Assembly (NCBI GenBank): GCA_050084515.1
Contig: CM114271.1
Span: forward strand, 45,508,001-45,572,000
Source of the DNA: Blasia pusilla
Lineage: Eukaryota
Reading direction: 5' to 3'
Length of the DNA: 64,000 nucleotides
The notes under the pieces were generated by a model. The model ran no database searches and was not told where the DNA came from. It worked only from the letters and a program-made list of their open reading frames with translations. How positions within the stretch are numbered: the stretch's first letter is position 1; every line of letters begins with the position of its first letter. Shown here in pieces: positions 11,701 to 24,598 of the stretch. A program made the translations under genes and the position numbers.

Positions 11701-14700
11701 TGGTTGGTATATATGATGTGTTTAGGAATGATGAAGGTTCTTGTGTGTGACTAAGAATACATGTCTTGCAGGATTCTGATCCTTCAAACTTGAGGAAGGT
11801 TATTGTATTTGTCAGTTAGAGTACTAATTTGTCTTGATTCTGCCCATGAAAACTGTTGTTCTTTTGTGTATCTTAGCACTTTCTTTCTCATCTGTCTTCA
11901 AATTCTTTTGCTATGTGAACTTTGTTATTAATGCTTTTATCTACTGAGGTATGTTTCGATCTTGACCTATTTGCCCTGTTGTTGGAATTCACTTTATTCA
12001 TACACCAGGGTTCTTCACCTGGTGTCTTGTCTGAGGTCACAGTATAGGTGTTGAATGGTGTTGTAATCAATTTAACTTAAGATAAAGGGTTGCCAACCTT
12101 GCAGGAACTGGCAAAGCGACTATTGCCTTTGTGTGAGAATTACTTGGTTGTGAGTCAATTTGCAGAGTCACGGTCACATTTTAGACACGGCCTGGTGAAT
12201 CATGCATTTGCCGCAGCTTTGAGGGCTATTCTGCAAGTGAGTCTAAACAAGGAGTCTTTTATCAGTTTGTTGACAATTTTCCAATCGATGAATGCTTTGA
12301 GTTTTGAGATAGGGTTTCATCCATTGGTTTGTGGTGATTTTCCACAACCTTTTGAAGGGAAAATATCAGCATTGAAACAATTGTTCTTTAGTGAGTAATC
12401 CATTTGAAAATAGCAGTATTGAGCAACATACATGTCAACTATTGCTTTGAAGTGTATTCTCAATAAAATACTTTGGTAAACTGGAGTTTGATGTTAAATA
12501 ATTCTCTACATTCTGGACTATGTGCAGGATTACCATGCTATGATAGCTCAGTTGGAACACCAGTTTCGTCTTACAAGACTCTCGCTTCAGGGTTTATGGT
12601 TCTTTTGCCAGGTGATGAAGCCGTATGATTAGTTGTTGGTTGTTGAAGTCACTGCTTCAGAGTCAAATAATTCAAGACTTTTTTCTGTTTGATACCTTTA
12701 CGGAGTACCTACCCTGCCCAATGTCAATGTATATCCATTAAATTCCTCATTGATGATAAAGTACTAATACCAGAAAGTCATCATGTGAGCAGCCTATGAT
12801 GGGTGCTATGCAAGCTCTTTCAGCTGTGGTACAAAAGGCAATGGTGAAGAATTTCTCAGGGGCTGCTATTCTCAATCTGCTACAAAGTCAGGTCTGGTTC
12901 CACTCACACCTAACTTGTGATCTGCTTCCTTGCATGGTCAAAATGCTTGGCTGGCAGGCTATCTCCTACTCTAACTTTATTCGAATTGTGGTAATTTATT
13001 TAGAGTGTCTTCATGTAAAACAGGCAACAGCAATGGCTGGAGATAGCTCAGCGAGGGCTTTACTTCAAAAGCTTACTCAAGCAGCAAGTGCTCCTTATTT
13101 TGGGATTCTAGAAAGGTATTTGTTCTCAACTGGCTTTGATGTGCCTGAAGCCCAGACACCAGGCAAGTTCATTCTTGTGTTTTCTGGATAAATCTGTTAT
13201 GAACCGGTCACTGTACTTTAAACTTCCAATCTCTGATTCGCTACATATGAGGCTGTGAAGCTTTAAGGTCTTTTTGAGATAATGACAGCTTGATTTCTAC
13301 TTGGGAGAAAGATGGATATCTGAAGGAGTCATAGATGATCCATATGGCGAGTTCCTCATTGATGAGAACAAGGCGTTGCAGAAGGTGAGTGTCTCCTCTG
13401 TAGCCCTTGTTTTTTCCTTACTAGTATATTTCTATCAGTTCTTATATTGGATATTGGAGTCATGTCCCATTGGTGTCTTAAATCTGTTCTTGTTTTCCAG
13501 GAGAGCTTGAGCCAGGATTACCATGCAACATACTGGCACCAGCGATATAGTCTACGACAAGATATTCCAGGATTTTTAAGTGGCTCAGCAGAAACCATTC
13601 TTACAGCGGGAAAGTACTTGAATGCCGTGCGGGAGTGTGGACACAGCATAAAGGTCTGGAATTTGCACCTGTCATTTAAACGGCTGGAGAGGAAGAAGTT
13701 TGTTTGGCGCAGAAAACTTCCTGCACCATGGCTCTTCAAGATTTTTGCTTATTCCACTCACTCACGTGGCTGCAGATCCCTACTACAATGGATATCCACT
13801 CAACAGATTCTGCAACAAGCCGTCCATATGTGGAACGAATCAATGTTGCATATAATCATGCAAGTGCAGAACTGAAAAATCTGATCATCAACAAAGTAAG
13901 TCTCAAGACATGTGAGAAGGTTTTCTAAACCGAACTGGACTTGAGATTTTTAAATCTATTAATCTTCACAGCAATGACTTCCTATCAATGACATCTTCAA
14001 AGCGTTTTCAACACTCGAACAAATTTTAAAGGTAGCTAATGTGTGGTTGGTTGTAGTTTGATTTGATGGGCAGGCTTCGATCTGTCAAGCATTACTTCTT
14101 TATGGATCAGGTGACTACACTTCACGCACATGAGCTGTCAAGTAATTATTATTCTGAGAAAGATGGGCATTTCTTCAGAAGATGTTCATCGAGAGCTCAC
14201 TCGAGTTTGACGTTGCGCTGGAAAACTAGAAGTTATATATTACATCATGTAGTTTTATTTGAACTCCTGTCAGAGCAAGATTTTTTATTGCATGCTATAG
14301 GTTGGAAGGAGACTAGCCCATCCTGACTGTTGTGTATCACTGGATATGTCACGGTGTCTTGGTTGTTTAATCAACCAAGAAGGCGAGTAAACTTTGGTCC
14401 AACTGAACAGCCCATACTACACTCTTCTTTGGCCTCCTTCAGTTGGAGGGTTGGATACATTTTATCATCATTGTTCATACTTATTTCTACATTCTTTTTT
14501 GGCCAGTGTCCATGATCAAGACTTCCTTGACTGCCACACAATCTAATTTTATTTTGCCTACTTGCAGGGAGATTTTCTTGTACATTTTATGGACATAGCA
14601 AAGGACGAGCTTAGAAAAAGGAGTTCAAATATCACGATGGAAAAGCTACAGGTTTATAATTGCCTCTTTTTTTACTTGATGAATTATCACAGCATAATTG

Positions 14701-17557
14701 GATCATAAGTAATATCTATGATCACTCACAGTGCTGATTTTGCATATATGATTTCTTCGAGCAGATGGAAATCAAAAGTAACCCTAGCTGGGATTTGAGA
14801 AAGGTTTTGTCACCTTTAAGCTTAGCCTTATGCATAATTTATTGAAGAAGTCTTCTCGAACCTAAATCTTGGATCTGAACTATTTTATTCTGGTCTGTAC
14901 AGTCTCTGCTGGAGCTCGCTTTACGAACATCTGTTTCTGCTTCTGATCCTTACCATGACGATCTAACCTGCAATGTGGTGAGATATCTTACAGAGTAATT
15001 TTTTTACTTTCCAACTTCCACTTGAAATTACCAAGTTGTAAAATGTTCGATGAAATCATGGAGATGTAAAGGTTTGATGTGTTCAACTGAGGTGCTGCCA
15101 CCACATCTTGTACTGTGATAACAGATTTCTTTTTTTACTCTTGAAGGAAAAGTCCGCTTTATTGACACAGCTTCAAAGTACAGTCACAACGGGAACCAGC
15201 ACTCCTGACTCTAGTGGAAGTCTGGAACCCTTCATGGGAAGTATGAGCTTAAATGGATCAAGTCTCGGGGCTCAAGGTGGAAGTGGAAACATTACTGGTA
15301 TAGAGACATTTACGCTTGACTACAAGGTAAATCATTCAATCTTGAATACTGGTAGGTGTTTTTTAAATGAGAATCTATTTCAATACTTTTATCACTAAGG
15401 TTAAATCTTTTTCTTGTTCTGTCTTATTTGCGCTTCAACTAGTAGAACTTGAACTTCTGTTAACTGTCATGAAGAGGGAAAACTGTGCTTTGTGCAGGTG
15501 CCATGGCCCTTGTCGCTTGTTATATCCCGTAAAGCTTTAACAAAGTATCAGCTTATTTTTCGGCATCTCTTTCATTTTAAGCATGTTGAACGACAGCTCT
15601 GCATGACCTGGCAAGCTCATCAGGTGAGTATGGTATACTTTGCTCCATCAGCACGGGAATATTGAGCCAATGTTGACGTAATGAACCAGAAATGGAAGTG
15701 GATTCTAAACTAAAATTTCATGTGTGTATCAATTATAGCAATTCAAATGATCACAATAGGTAAGGATTGGTTGTTTTCTAAAATTGATGTGATTCAGGAA
15801 TCCTTTCTATGGTGACTCAAGCTTTGATGTGCCTGGTTTGTGGTCTACTGTGGCCTTAATTCTTTTATGAATCAGAAACTTTAAAGTCTCTTTGTTGCCA
15901 TGTAGTCACTAACTTTACAGTGCTCTGTTGGCAGGCAACTCGACGGTTGAGCTTTGTTGGAACAGCCATTTCGCGATCATATGTGCTGTGCCAGAGAATG
16001 CTCCACTTCATGCAGAGTATTGAGCATTACATGACATTTGAGGTAGACAGTGAAGATTTTATTCTATTTGCTTGGAACACTTATTTTATTTGTAAATTTT
16101 GTTCTTTCATCCAAGAGAATTGACAGGGAGGACTGTTGTTTGGTTGCTCACAGGTCCTTGAACCAAATTGGCATGTCATGGAAAACCATTTACAGAATGC
16201 GAAAAGTGTAGACGAGGTGAAACCCCAAACCTTTTTTTTGTCATAGAAACAGACCCGGATTTGCTCAATCCCTATTTCTATTGCATGAGTTGTCTTCAAT
16301 CAAGTCAGTCCTCAATACAGCAGAGACCCAATGCTGAACAGCCCATGGGTATGTCCCAGTAGGATGTAGAACTCCCTGTGAGCCACCTTTCTCAATCAGC
16401 TCATACTGTGTTGGTGTCCTTTCTATAATGATGCACGTTCAGAAGATGTCTACTATTAAGCCACCATCTTTGGTTTGTGCAGGTTATGCAACAACATGAT
16501 AGGTTCCTGGATAAGTGTCTGAAAGAATGCATGCTTTTATGGCCACAAATCTTAAAGGTGGGGATCATCATGGTTTGAAGATAGCTGAATGTTCATGTCT
16601 TTTTGGTACTTCACTTTCACCCCAAAAATTTGTACCAGGCTTAAGATTTGGATTGTGAATTCGTCATTTTTATTACATGATGAGCTGAGGAAGTAATGCA
16701 TCACTGACTATATGGCTTTTTAATCATTCTCCCCAGCTGGATGTGCACTACAAGGACCTGTTTCTTTCAGCGAATAACTTTGTTGATTTGTTGACTTCAG
16801 AAAGTGGAGGCCTTAAAGACCACGTGTCAACAGTATGCCACAACTACTCAGTGGTTGATACCGGCAGTGAATACGCCAGAAGGAGGTTCAGATGCCCCCT
16901 GGCAAGCAGATGCCCTTGAAGGTGGGAAGCCTAAGTCAAGACAACGCTTTAAATATCAATTTGTTCGTGCTTGGAAAGCAGAAGATGAAAGTAATTTCAA
17001 ATCAACAGTGGGGTATGAGTTTTTAACCCTTTCATCTGTCTTTCCCCATCAGGAATCTTCTGTGTCCTGCTTGATTTGACTTGCACTCATACCTGAGTAA
17101 TTATTTATTTATTTTTCTCTGTGTACTAGGTATTTGACACATTCTTTCAGCTATACCACCATGCATTTTCCAATGCTTGAATGGTAATCGACTGTTGATA
17201 TACATTCAAGGATTAGAAAATGTTGTGGTTATCTACTATTGAACTTCTTGTGGTGTGGAGGTCCTCCACTATGAATCTTGAAATCTGTGTAATACCAATT
17301 TCTCATAACCCATCCCTCATTAAAACTACCAATACTTATTGTGCACAGTCCAGCTGCTATTGAGTGACACCAATGTTGACTTGTGTCTGATTTGTTACTT
17401 CCACAAACTGATAATATCTTGTATTTACAGGAGAATTGACGAGGAGTTCAAGGCAGAGCTCAAGGAGCTCATTTTCTTACTCAGTACTCACTCACAAACT
17501 GAACCGTGCTTTGCACACCTTGCCCAGGCATTACAAGGGGACGAGATGAGTAATTGA
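8703..17557 (+). CDS. GCP2: Gamma-tubulin complex component 2 (Spc97 family), 25 exons
   Basis: GT-AG exons in consistent phase: 8703-8882, 9211-9302, 9766-9931, 10106-10235, 10379-10485, 10618-10685, 10926-10974, 11539-11673, 12105-12236, 12528-12611, 12793-12891, 13024-13115, 13312-13384, 13501-13653, 13776-13895, 14057-14110, 14568-14651, 14903-14977, 15147-15326, 15498-15623, 15935-16042, 16154-16216, 16483-16557, 16801-17012, 17431-17557. Motifs [79 protein letters not shown] and [13 protein letters not shown] are typical of GCP2. Confidence 0.95.
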
Positions 17558-18777
17558 AGGTCTACCATGAGGATAAAAGCTGACAGTGTTACTATTCCCA
17601 TTCCAACATGACAGTACAAATTCTTTGAGACCTCTTCCTGGGCTGTTGTAGCCGAGCAATGCCTAAATGAAAAGGTTTTGTACATTTCCAAGCCTGCACA
17701 AGCCACAGAGCCAGCCTAGTAGTTAACTGCAGCAGTCACGGTCCCTGCAAAATTGTTTTGAATTAGAGAGGTTCTCTGGTGCAATTGCACTTGTATGTGT
17801 AGATTTCCCCTGCGCCCACCCAGCAATTGAGGTAGAATTGGTATTGGTGATCTAGTGAGCATTTAAAGAAATACTTGGGTGGGGCAAGTACGAAGTAGTG
17901 CAGAAATGGGACTCAAAAGGCTTTATGATCCTGATGAATGTCCGTGCTTGACATGTACTTGCCTTCACTACAATTGGAATTGGGGACCTTCCTTGTGGTC
18001 ATGAAGAATTTTTTATCTATACCATTTTTAGGTATGCCAGGCAACTTGTTTCACTAGTGAAGCTCATCTGAAAGAAAGATACCCTGGGTGGTGGTAACGG
18101 TCTTTCTAGTTTTGAGAAAGATAACTTTTCTGGTTTAAGCAGATTAAAATTGAGTTGCGAGTGTAAATCTTCCCAAGGATCTTGAAATAGACCGTGAGAT
18201 TTGTAGGTCTCTGTAACCACTGACCTAACTAAGTTGAAGAAAGACTGGTTGAGGACGGACGTGTCCGGTAAACGGATGTAAAAGGTCATGTATCTTCTAT
18301 ACAAGGCTCCAGAACGGTGCATTTTCTACTATTGTGGACCTACTTTATTGTAAGCCTTGCACTCATTGAGGATTATTTGACAAACATCCGCATGAATTGT
18401 GTGCATGTCCACCTAGGAAACCGGTTTAGAGAGCTAATTTCTTCTTACAAGCATTTAACTCAGAACGCGCTCTACAGTTGAATTGACACGTGATCAACCA
18501 CGTGAACAAGAACTCCCATGCTGGGAAGGGAGAAATATGTTCTACAACCCCAAATATAGCCTGCACAGAAGTAAACACTCTCGTCTCTTACACAAAGCAT
18601 GTCAACAAAGTTCGTCAATTTGGACGCTTAGTAAGATGAAGAATCACCCTATACGTTGGAGATATAATATAGACCACACACTAATATAGACCAATGAATT
18701 ACCAGGTGTTTTCATCTTTGCCACAACTTTCCACATCTTTCTTCCTTGTAGACCAAATAAAACCATGGCAAAACTTA

Positions 18778-21700
18778 TTATTTCATAGATTTGGTTCCTG
18801 TCTCCCAGGCTGCTTTCTGCTCGGCAGCGTCTACTTTCTCAGTCCATCGTTTCGCCTTCTTCTCAAAGGAAGCTTCACTGCAGCCATACACACTGTTGAG
18901 TGACAACGATTTGAAGAGCTCCCCAAGCCGCTGATGCCGAGGAATGATGCGGTTGGCCAAGCTGTAGCTGAAGTACTGAGGAAAAGGAATCACCTCTTTC
19001 CTGGAGCGTTTCATGACGTCCACAAGGTACCCATACTTGGGTGCTAGCACGGTCACCACACTAAAGCCCAGTAATGAAGGCAAACTCCTCACCATGTCTG
19101 CAACCTCAGCTCTGCCAACCATACCATTGTGTGTAGGTAAGAGGTATTGTGGACTTAATCACAAAGGACCTTCTGGCAGGTTTTAAGTGAGGAGTTGGAG
19201 GACATGGGCATAAACTAAAGAGAAAAGAATCAGCTGACTTCTTGCCCAAGAGGACCATGGAGCTACGAGAGATATCAAAAGGTAACAACCAGTACTAATC
19301 ACCAAGCACTCAGGAAATCAGTGCGGAATTAATCCGAAAAGAACTCCTTGATCATAACTATTCCTATTATCACTCCTACCTTGTGAAACCAAGCTTGAGA
19401 AGGTACGTGACAGTTGGTTTAAGATTCTTCTCCACACTCAAGGTGAGCAATTGTGGGTGCCTGGTAACCAATCTTGCAAACAAAAACACAAAAATCTTAA
19501 GAGATACAGAAACATTTAACATCAGTGAGAGTGTAGACACCACTATGGCGCCTGGTAGATGGTCATTTACAGTGAGAAGCAAGTGGAGGATGGACTGTAC
19601 CTAAGAACCTTATTCACCCTTCTCAACAGATGATTTTGCCCCTATCGGCCAAGAAAACAGACTACTCACTAAGTAGCACCTGTCGTTTCCTTATCACATG
19701 AGGAAACATATAGTTCTCATTAAGTAGTGGCTGTTGTAGAGTTGCAAACATTGAACATGTGCAGATGTGCCTAGTGCTAGACTGAGGAAACAGACTCCAC
19801 TCACTAAGTAGAGCTTCTCCTTGTGAATGTAGACTCACTAAGGAAACAGAGAAAGATTGGAAACTGTTTAGGAGAAGGAAAAGGCAGGTAGCCACATACT
19901 TTGCAATCTCTGCCTGCTTAATTTGAATGCTTTTGAGAAACTTTATGTTTGGCTTGAGCTTTGTCTCAACACTGTAGCCTAGAATCATGGGTTTCAGCTT
20001 CAAAACCTGACAATGGAAGTGAGGAAAGTTCAATTAGTGATTTCGCTTCAAGTGGAACCAAGAAGATTGTGAAGTATTTGCAAGCCAAATGTCAATAATC
20101 TGGTTCACCTGGTTCTATTCCAATGCAACAATTTGAAGATTTCAAAGACTTGTGTAGATGTAAAGTGGGGTAATTTAGACTGCCCACACAGAGAACCCCA
20201 AATGTCCTTGAAATCAGTCATCCAACATCAACCCTATGATAACCTTTCTACAAACTCAAAGAAGCTTTACACCTAACAACTTTATTTCAAAAGACTATGA
20301 CTGTAAAACTAATGCATGTTAGCTCATACGAACTTTCTGATGGTTATCGTAGTGACTTACCTTTAGAAGCGAAGCTCCATTGATTCCAATGCTATCAAGA
20401 AACTTGACGGTGGGTTCCATATTGTCTCCAACACTCAGGCCCATAAGTTGTGGGGCATTATAGATAACCTTCATATCAGACACCGTCATCAATAGCCATC
20501 CTAGAGAGCCTCCGGCTTCTTGAAAATCAAAAAATTCCGATCACTTCTTTGATTTAATGTCCTGACATTCTAGATCACTCATCCTTCCAGTGTCATTAAA
20601 CCAAACATCTACCAAACCAGGTGCGCTGACTATCAATATCACTATTTATACCATTATTGGAGAGTGCCCCTTCATTTTGCAAATTCTTCTCTTCTTGACA
20701 CTTGGCACATTCAGCCAATAGGATTGCTTGGCTTCTAAGCCAATAGGATTGCTCAAAATTGAGAGTTAATTATGGGAGGTAATTCAAACCTGTGCATCGA
20801 ACATGCTTACACTAGTTAACTAAACATATGGACAAACCAACCATAAGATTGTGTCAAATTGATCCTATGGGTCATGAAAAGATTATTAAACCTTAAAAGT
20901 TTAATCTGTGTGAGATTATGTAAGTTCAGTTTCAACTACCACATGAAAATGAGAAACTCAAGTCAGAATTGATACCCCTAACATCAGATCGACTTTAAAA
21001 AACACAAACATCTCACCTTACCGAGATCTTTGTGGTCCAGACCCACGTTGAGGAGGAATTCTATTTTGAGCTGAAAGTTGTGTCGATTTTTCAACAATTG
21101 AGGATGCCGCCTGAATAGCTTGCCCATGAGACCAGGTTCGACCCCCAACCTTTCAAGGTGCAGAACGGTCGGTCGAAAGTCCTGGTCATGAATAAAATCA
21201 ACCACAGACGCTCAGAATTCTGACCCGTGTGAACAACCATGCTGTTACTCAGCAACGACACTACTGTAGTAATTCCAAACTGACACTTACGTCTCTTGCG
21301 CCCAACAATCCAGCCAACTAGCACCCTGACTATGGACAACTTCATGGCCGCCAGACTCACCTCAAGAAAAATGTAAAACTTTCTCTCTTCTTTGACACTT
21401 ACTTTTTGGTAACACTAGCTTAATATCACTGCTGTCCAACACAGCATCAAACCAGACCGCTGCAAACTGTTACTTCAACACTCCACTACATGTTCAGGGG
21501 AGTTCGTCACTGCCCAGTGCCTAGCCCCTTCAGTTTTAGGACGCACTGCATATCACAGCCAGCCCAAAACAGCTCACTTGCCTGTTCAATATCGTAGCAG
21601 AACAGCTGAGGAAACGACATCAGAATCTTGTCGATGTCATCCGCACTTGCATTCAAGCTCTTGAGATAGTTCCCAACCGGCATCAGTTCCTTCTCCACAT

Positions 21701-23078
21701 CACTATCCAGCAACAACGGTCTTCGGATCAGGACTGTACCTATGTGCTCTTTCTGTACCCCTAGATCTACCAGGTATTTAACAAGGGGATCCAGCTTGAT
21801 CTCAGCGTCTTCTGTAAGGAGGATGGGATATCTTACCACCAGCTTCTTTACATCCTTCAGTTGCACGCCCAAGCTTTCCAACACTTTCACAGATGTATGC
21901 AGCTGGCTTTGAGCGTCCCTACCGAGAATTTGCGGAAAGTCTATTACCATCTTGCCAATATCTTTGTGGGCTAGTCCAAGGCTAACTAGGTAGTCAACAT
22001 TCTGTGCCAAAGTGTCGCACTGGTTGGATAGAAGCTGTGGCCATCTCACCAATATTCCAGGAAGATGGATGTACTTAACGCCCAGACTCCTCAAGAACTC
22101 CACTTTCGCCATCACCATATCAATTCCTCGCTCCACAAAAGGCAGCACAATGGGAATATTCAGCGCCTTCATTCCGATAACCTGGAAATAGTGCACAAGC
22201 CTTGCCAGCCCTCTCCTTTCCGCACATACTGACACTCTGGAGGCCAACACACTGATCCGTTCACTTTGAAAGGGCTCCTCGGCATTTGCATTCGCTTCCG
22301 GCTCCGAGCTTTTGGAAATCTCCCAAAGCTTGCGCATATTTCTTCCTCGCTCCCGATCTGCAAACGAAGCCTCGATATTATGAGTCGGGTCCTCCCCGTC
22401 ATTACGAACACTTGCCTCACTGCTTCCCACGCCAGGCCATCTCCCATCGAAGCCCTGCAAAAATTCCACATCCTCGAAGACCTTGTCTTTAGCCTCCACA
22501 ATCAAATCATCGATGAGATCTCCCGCGTGCCTGACAAACTCAAACGCGTACCCCGAAGTCACCCCTTTCTGCTCTAAGAGATCCAGGAGTCCATTCATGG
22601 CCTCAATTCTCTCCTGACGAGAGAATATCGTTCTGACCTCCAGAGCCTGTGCCTCCTTCTCCAGCAGCGTCGGCAGCTGCCTCCCAACATTCGTGTTGGA
22701 CAGGACTGAAGGCGGGGACACGATGAGATCCTGTATATCGTCAAATTCATGTTTCTCAGTGGCAACCTTCCTGCTCTGCTTCGTCGGCAGACCGTCTCCT
22801 CCTCCCACATACGCACAGCACGAGAATCCAGAACCTGCCCCCTGCCTCCTCCTCTCTTGCAGACTCCAACGCGAGCGAACCCCTTGATCTCCTCCCCACG
22901 CCGCTCCAGCTCCAGCTCTGAAGAAGCGAATTCCCAGCGCTGAGCGCCCACAACAGCCCCGCAGAAACGCTCGTCGTCTCTCGGGCGGCGAAGCTGCGCG
23001 CAGCTCGAGGTGCAAAGAAGCGGCGAGCGAGGCGACGCGAGCGCGAGCTTCAATACTGGAATTGCACACAACTGACAT
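18778..23078 (-). CDS. mTERF: mTERF-family protein, probably organelle-targeted, 6 exons
   Basis: Exons 23078-21582, 21181-21017, 20468-20361, 20006-19900, 19472-19380, 19111-18778. Repeated mTERF motifs (RWPQLL, DFPQILG, RYPILL, RHPQLL, LKPTVTYL..LG) and C-terminal FPQYFSYSLANRIIPRH. R/S/A-rich N-terminus resembles a transit peptide. Start taken at the first in-frame ATG (MSVVC). Confidence 0.92.
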
Positions 23079-23191
23079 GTAAACCGCACGCGCGCGCACG
23101 AAACTCCCCGACTTTTGTTCGCCTACATCAGCTGCGCCGCGAGCCCCACTGCTGCTCTTCAATGATCTTCGCTACGCATCCTCCACATCTC

Positions 23192-23451
23192 TTCATTCGT
23201 TCGTTGGATACCCCCAACAGCTCTCGTGATCTCTGCTCTCCGATTCACATTACACACATACACACAATCACAGGCACTCCGCTGCAGCTGCTCTCTAAGG
23301 AATTCTGTAAGCGCTCCCCAATTCATTCGTTCGTTGGATACCCCCAACAGCTCTCGTGATAACTGTTCTCCGATTCACAAAATACACACACACACACAAA
23401 ATACTCCGCTGCAGCCGCTCCGTGACCAATTCTGTAAGCGCTCCACAATTC
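23192..23451. repeat. Diverged tandem duplication, 2 x ~130 bp, in the mTERF 5' region
   Basis: TTCATTCGTTCGTTGGATACCCCCAACAGCTCTCGTGAT...TTCTGTAAGCGCTCC starts at 23192 and again at 23322. Confidence 0.9.
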
Positions 23452-23658
23452 TCAATTCTCCATGGGACGCCTCCGCCGCTCGCACAGTTCGGCCCCAGAA
23501 AGATCTCAACCACATGAGATCTTTCTGTGGCCTCTAAACCCAAACCCACGACGGACCAGAGGATCTCGTCGCGGAGCGCCGGACGGACGGACGGACGGCA
23601 ACTTGGGAAGGGTCCGGTCCTGACCCCGATTTCTTTTACGGTCACCACCATCCATCTA

Positions 23659-23820
23659 TCTATATAATTAAAAGAGGTGAGGTCCTTGGTGATTGACACG
23701 TGTACATCGTGGGAAGTTCCCGCGAGGACACGTGGAACAAGCCGTTGCCGAGTTCGGATTAATAAACTGGTGTTATGCATGGGTGATTTTCACCGGTGCA
23801 TAGCACATGTATCATATTAG
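23659..23820 (+). mobile_element. Short non-autonomous Helitron (decayed)
   Basis: 5' A|TCTATATAATTAAAAGAG; 3' GGTGTTATGCATGGGTGATTTTCACCGGTGCATAGCAC...TTAG|T. Both ends resemble the copy at 29264-29436. Confidence 0.65.
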
Positions 23821-24278
23821 TTACCTGTTATGTTATCAGTTACCTGTAAAGAGGGAATAACAACTCCGAAATAAAATTCTCCAGTAGTTGTTCTATCTGA
23901 TTGCGATTGGGCTGGGAGGGCCACATGGGACCGGATCCTTAAGGGCGGAGCTCGACGTTGGGTCCCAAGCCGAAAGTCCTTCACTAGCCCCGACAAGACG
24001 GATGGCACTTTCAAGTTACTTCACCGAGGTCAGGTAAGTTGTGCCAATGCCCTCATTCCAAAGAAGTAAACGAGTATAAGCCAATTCTATGAGAAATTGA
24101 AACTAGCTATAGCACGTGTGCGATCCAAAGATCGTCCTTGGAGTTTCAACGCCGTGATTTTTGCGGCGTGGACATACCAAAGATTGATCTTTCGCCTGTG
24201 AAGTTTCAATCGTCGATTTCTAAGATCAAGGACCCCCTGACCCAAATCTTGGTCCATGGGGACTCGCCCTAAGAATCG

Positions 24279-24598
24279 AGAGAGCACACGTTCTCTTTAC
24301 ACGGAGAAGAAAGGCAATGGAAAGGTGACAAGATCTATGATCATATACACTTTAGGCTTCTTTTATGAACGGAGAGAGCACACGTTCTCTATACACAGAG
24401 AAGAAAGGCAGCAGAAAGCATGGAAAAATAAAAAAAATTAGTGAACCATTATGGCAATGGAAAGGTGACAAGATCTATGATCACATACACTTTAGGCTTC
24501 TTTTATGAACGGAGAGAGCACACGTTCTCTATACACAGAGAAGATAGGCAACAAAAACATGGAAAAATAAAATAAATTAGTGAACCATTATGGCAATG
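24279..24598. repeat. Tandem duplication of ~140 bp plus a partial third unit
   Basis: GGCAATGGAAAGGTGACAAGATCTATGATC...TTAGTGAACCATTAT occurs at about 24313 and 24453. GAGAGCACACGTTCTCT occurs three times. Confidence 0.9.

Noticed and set aside
23079-23162. N-terminal extension of mTERF from the ORF track start at 23162
   Set aside because: That start is a TTG; the first in-frame ATG is at 23078.
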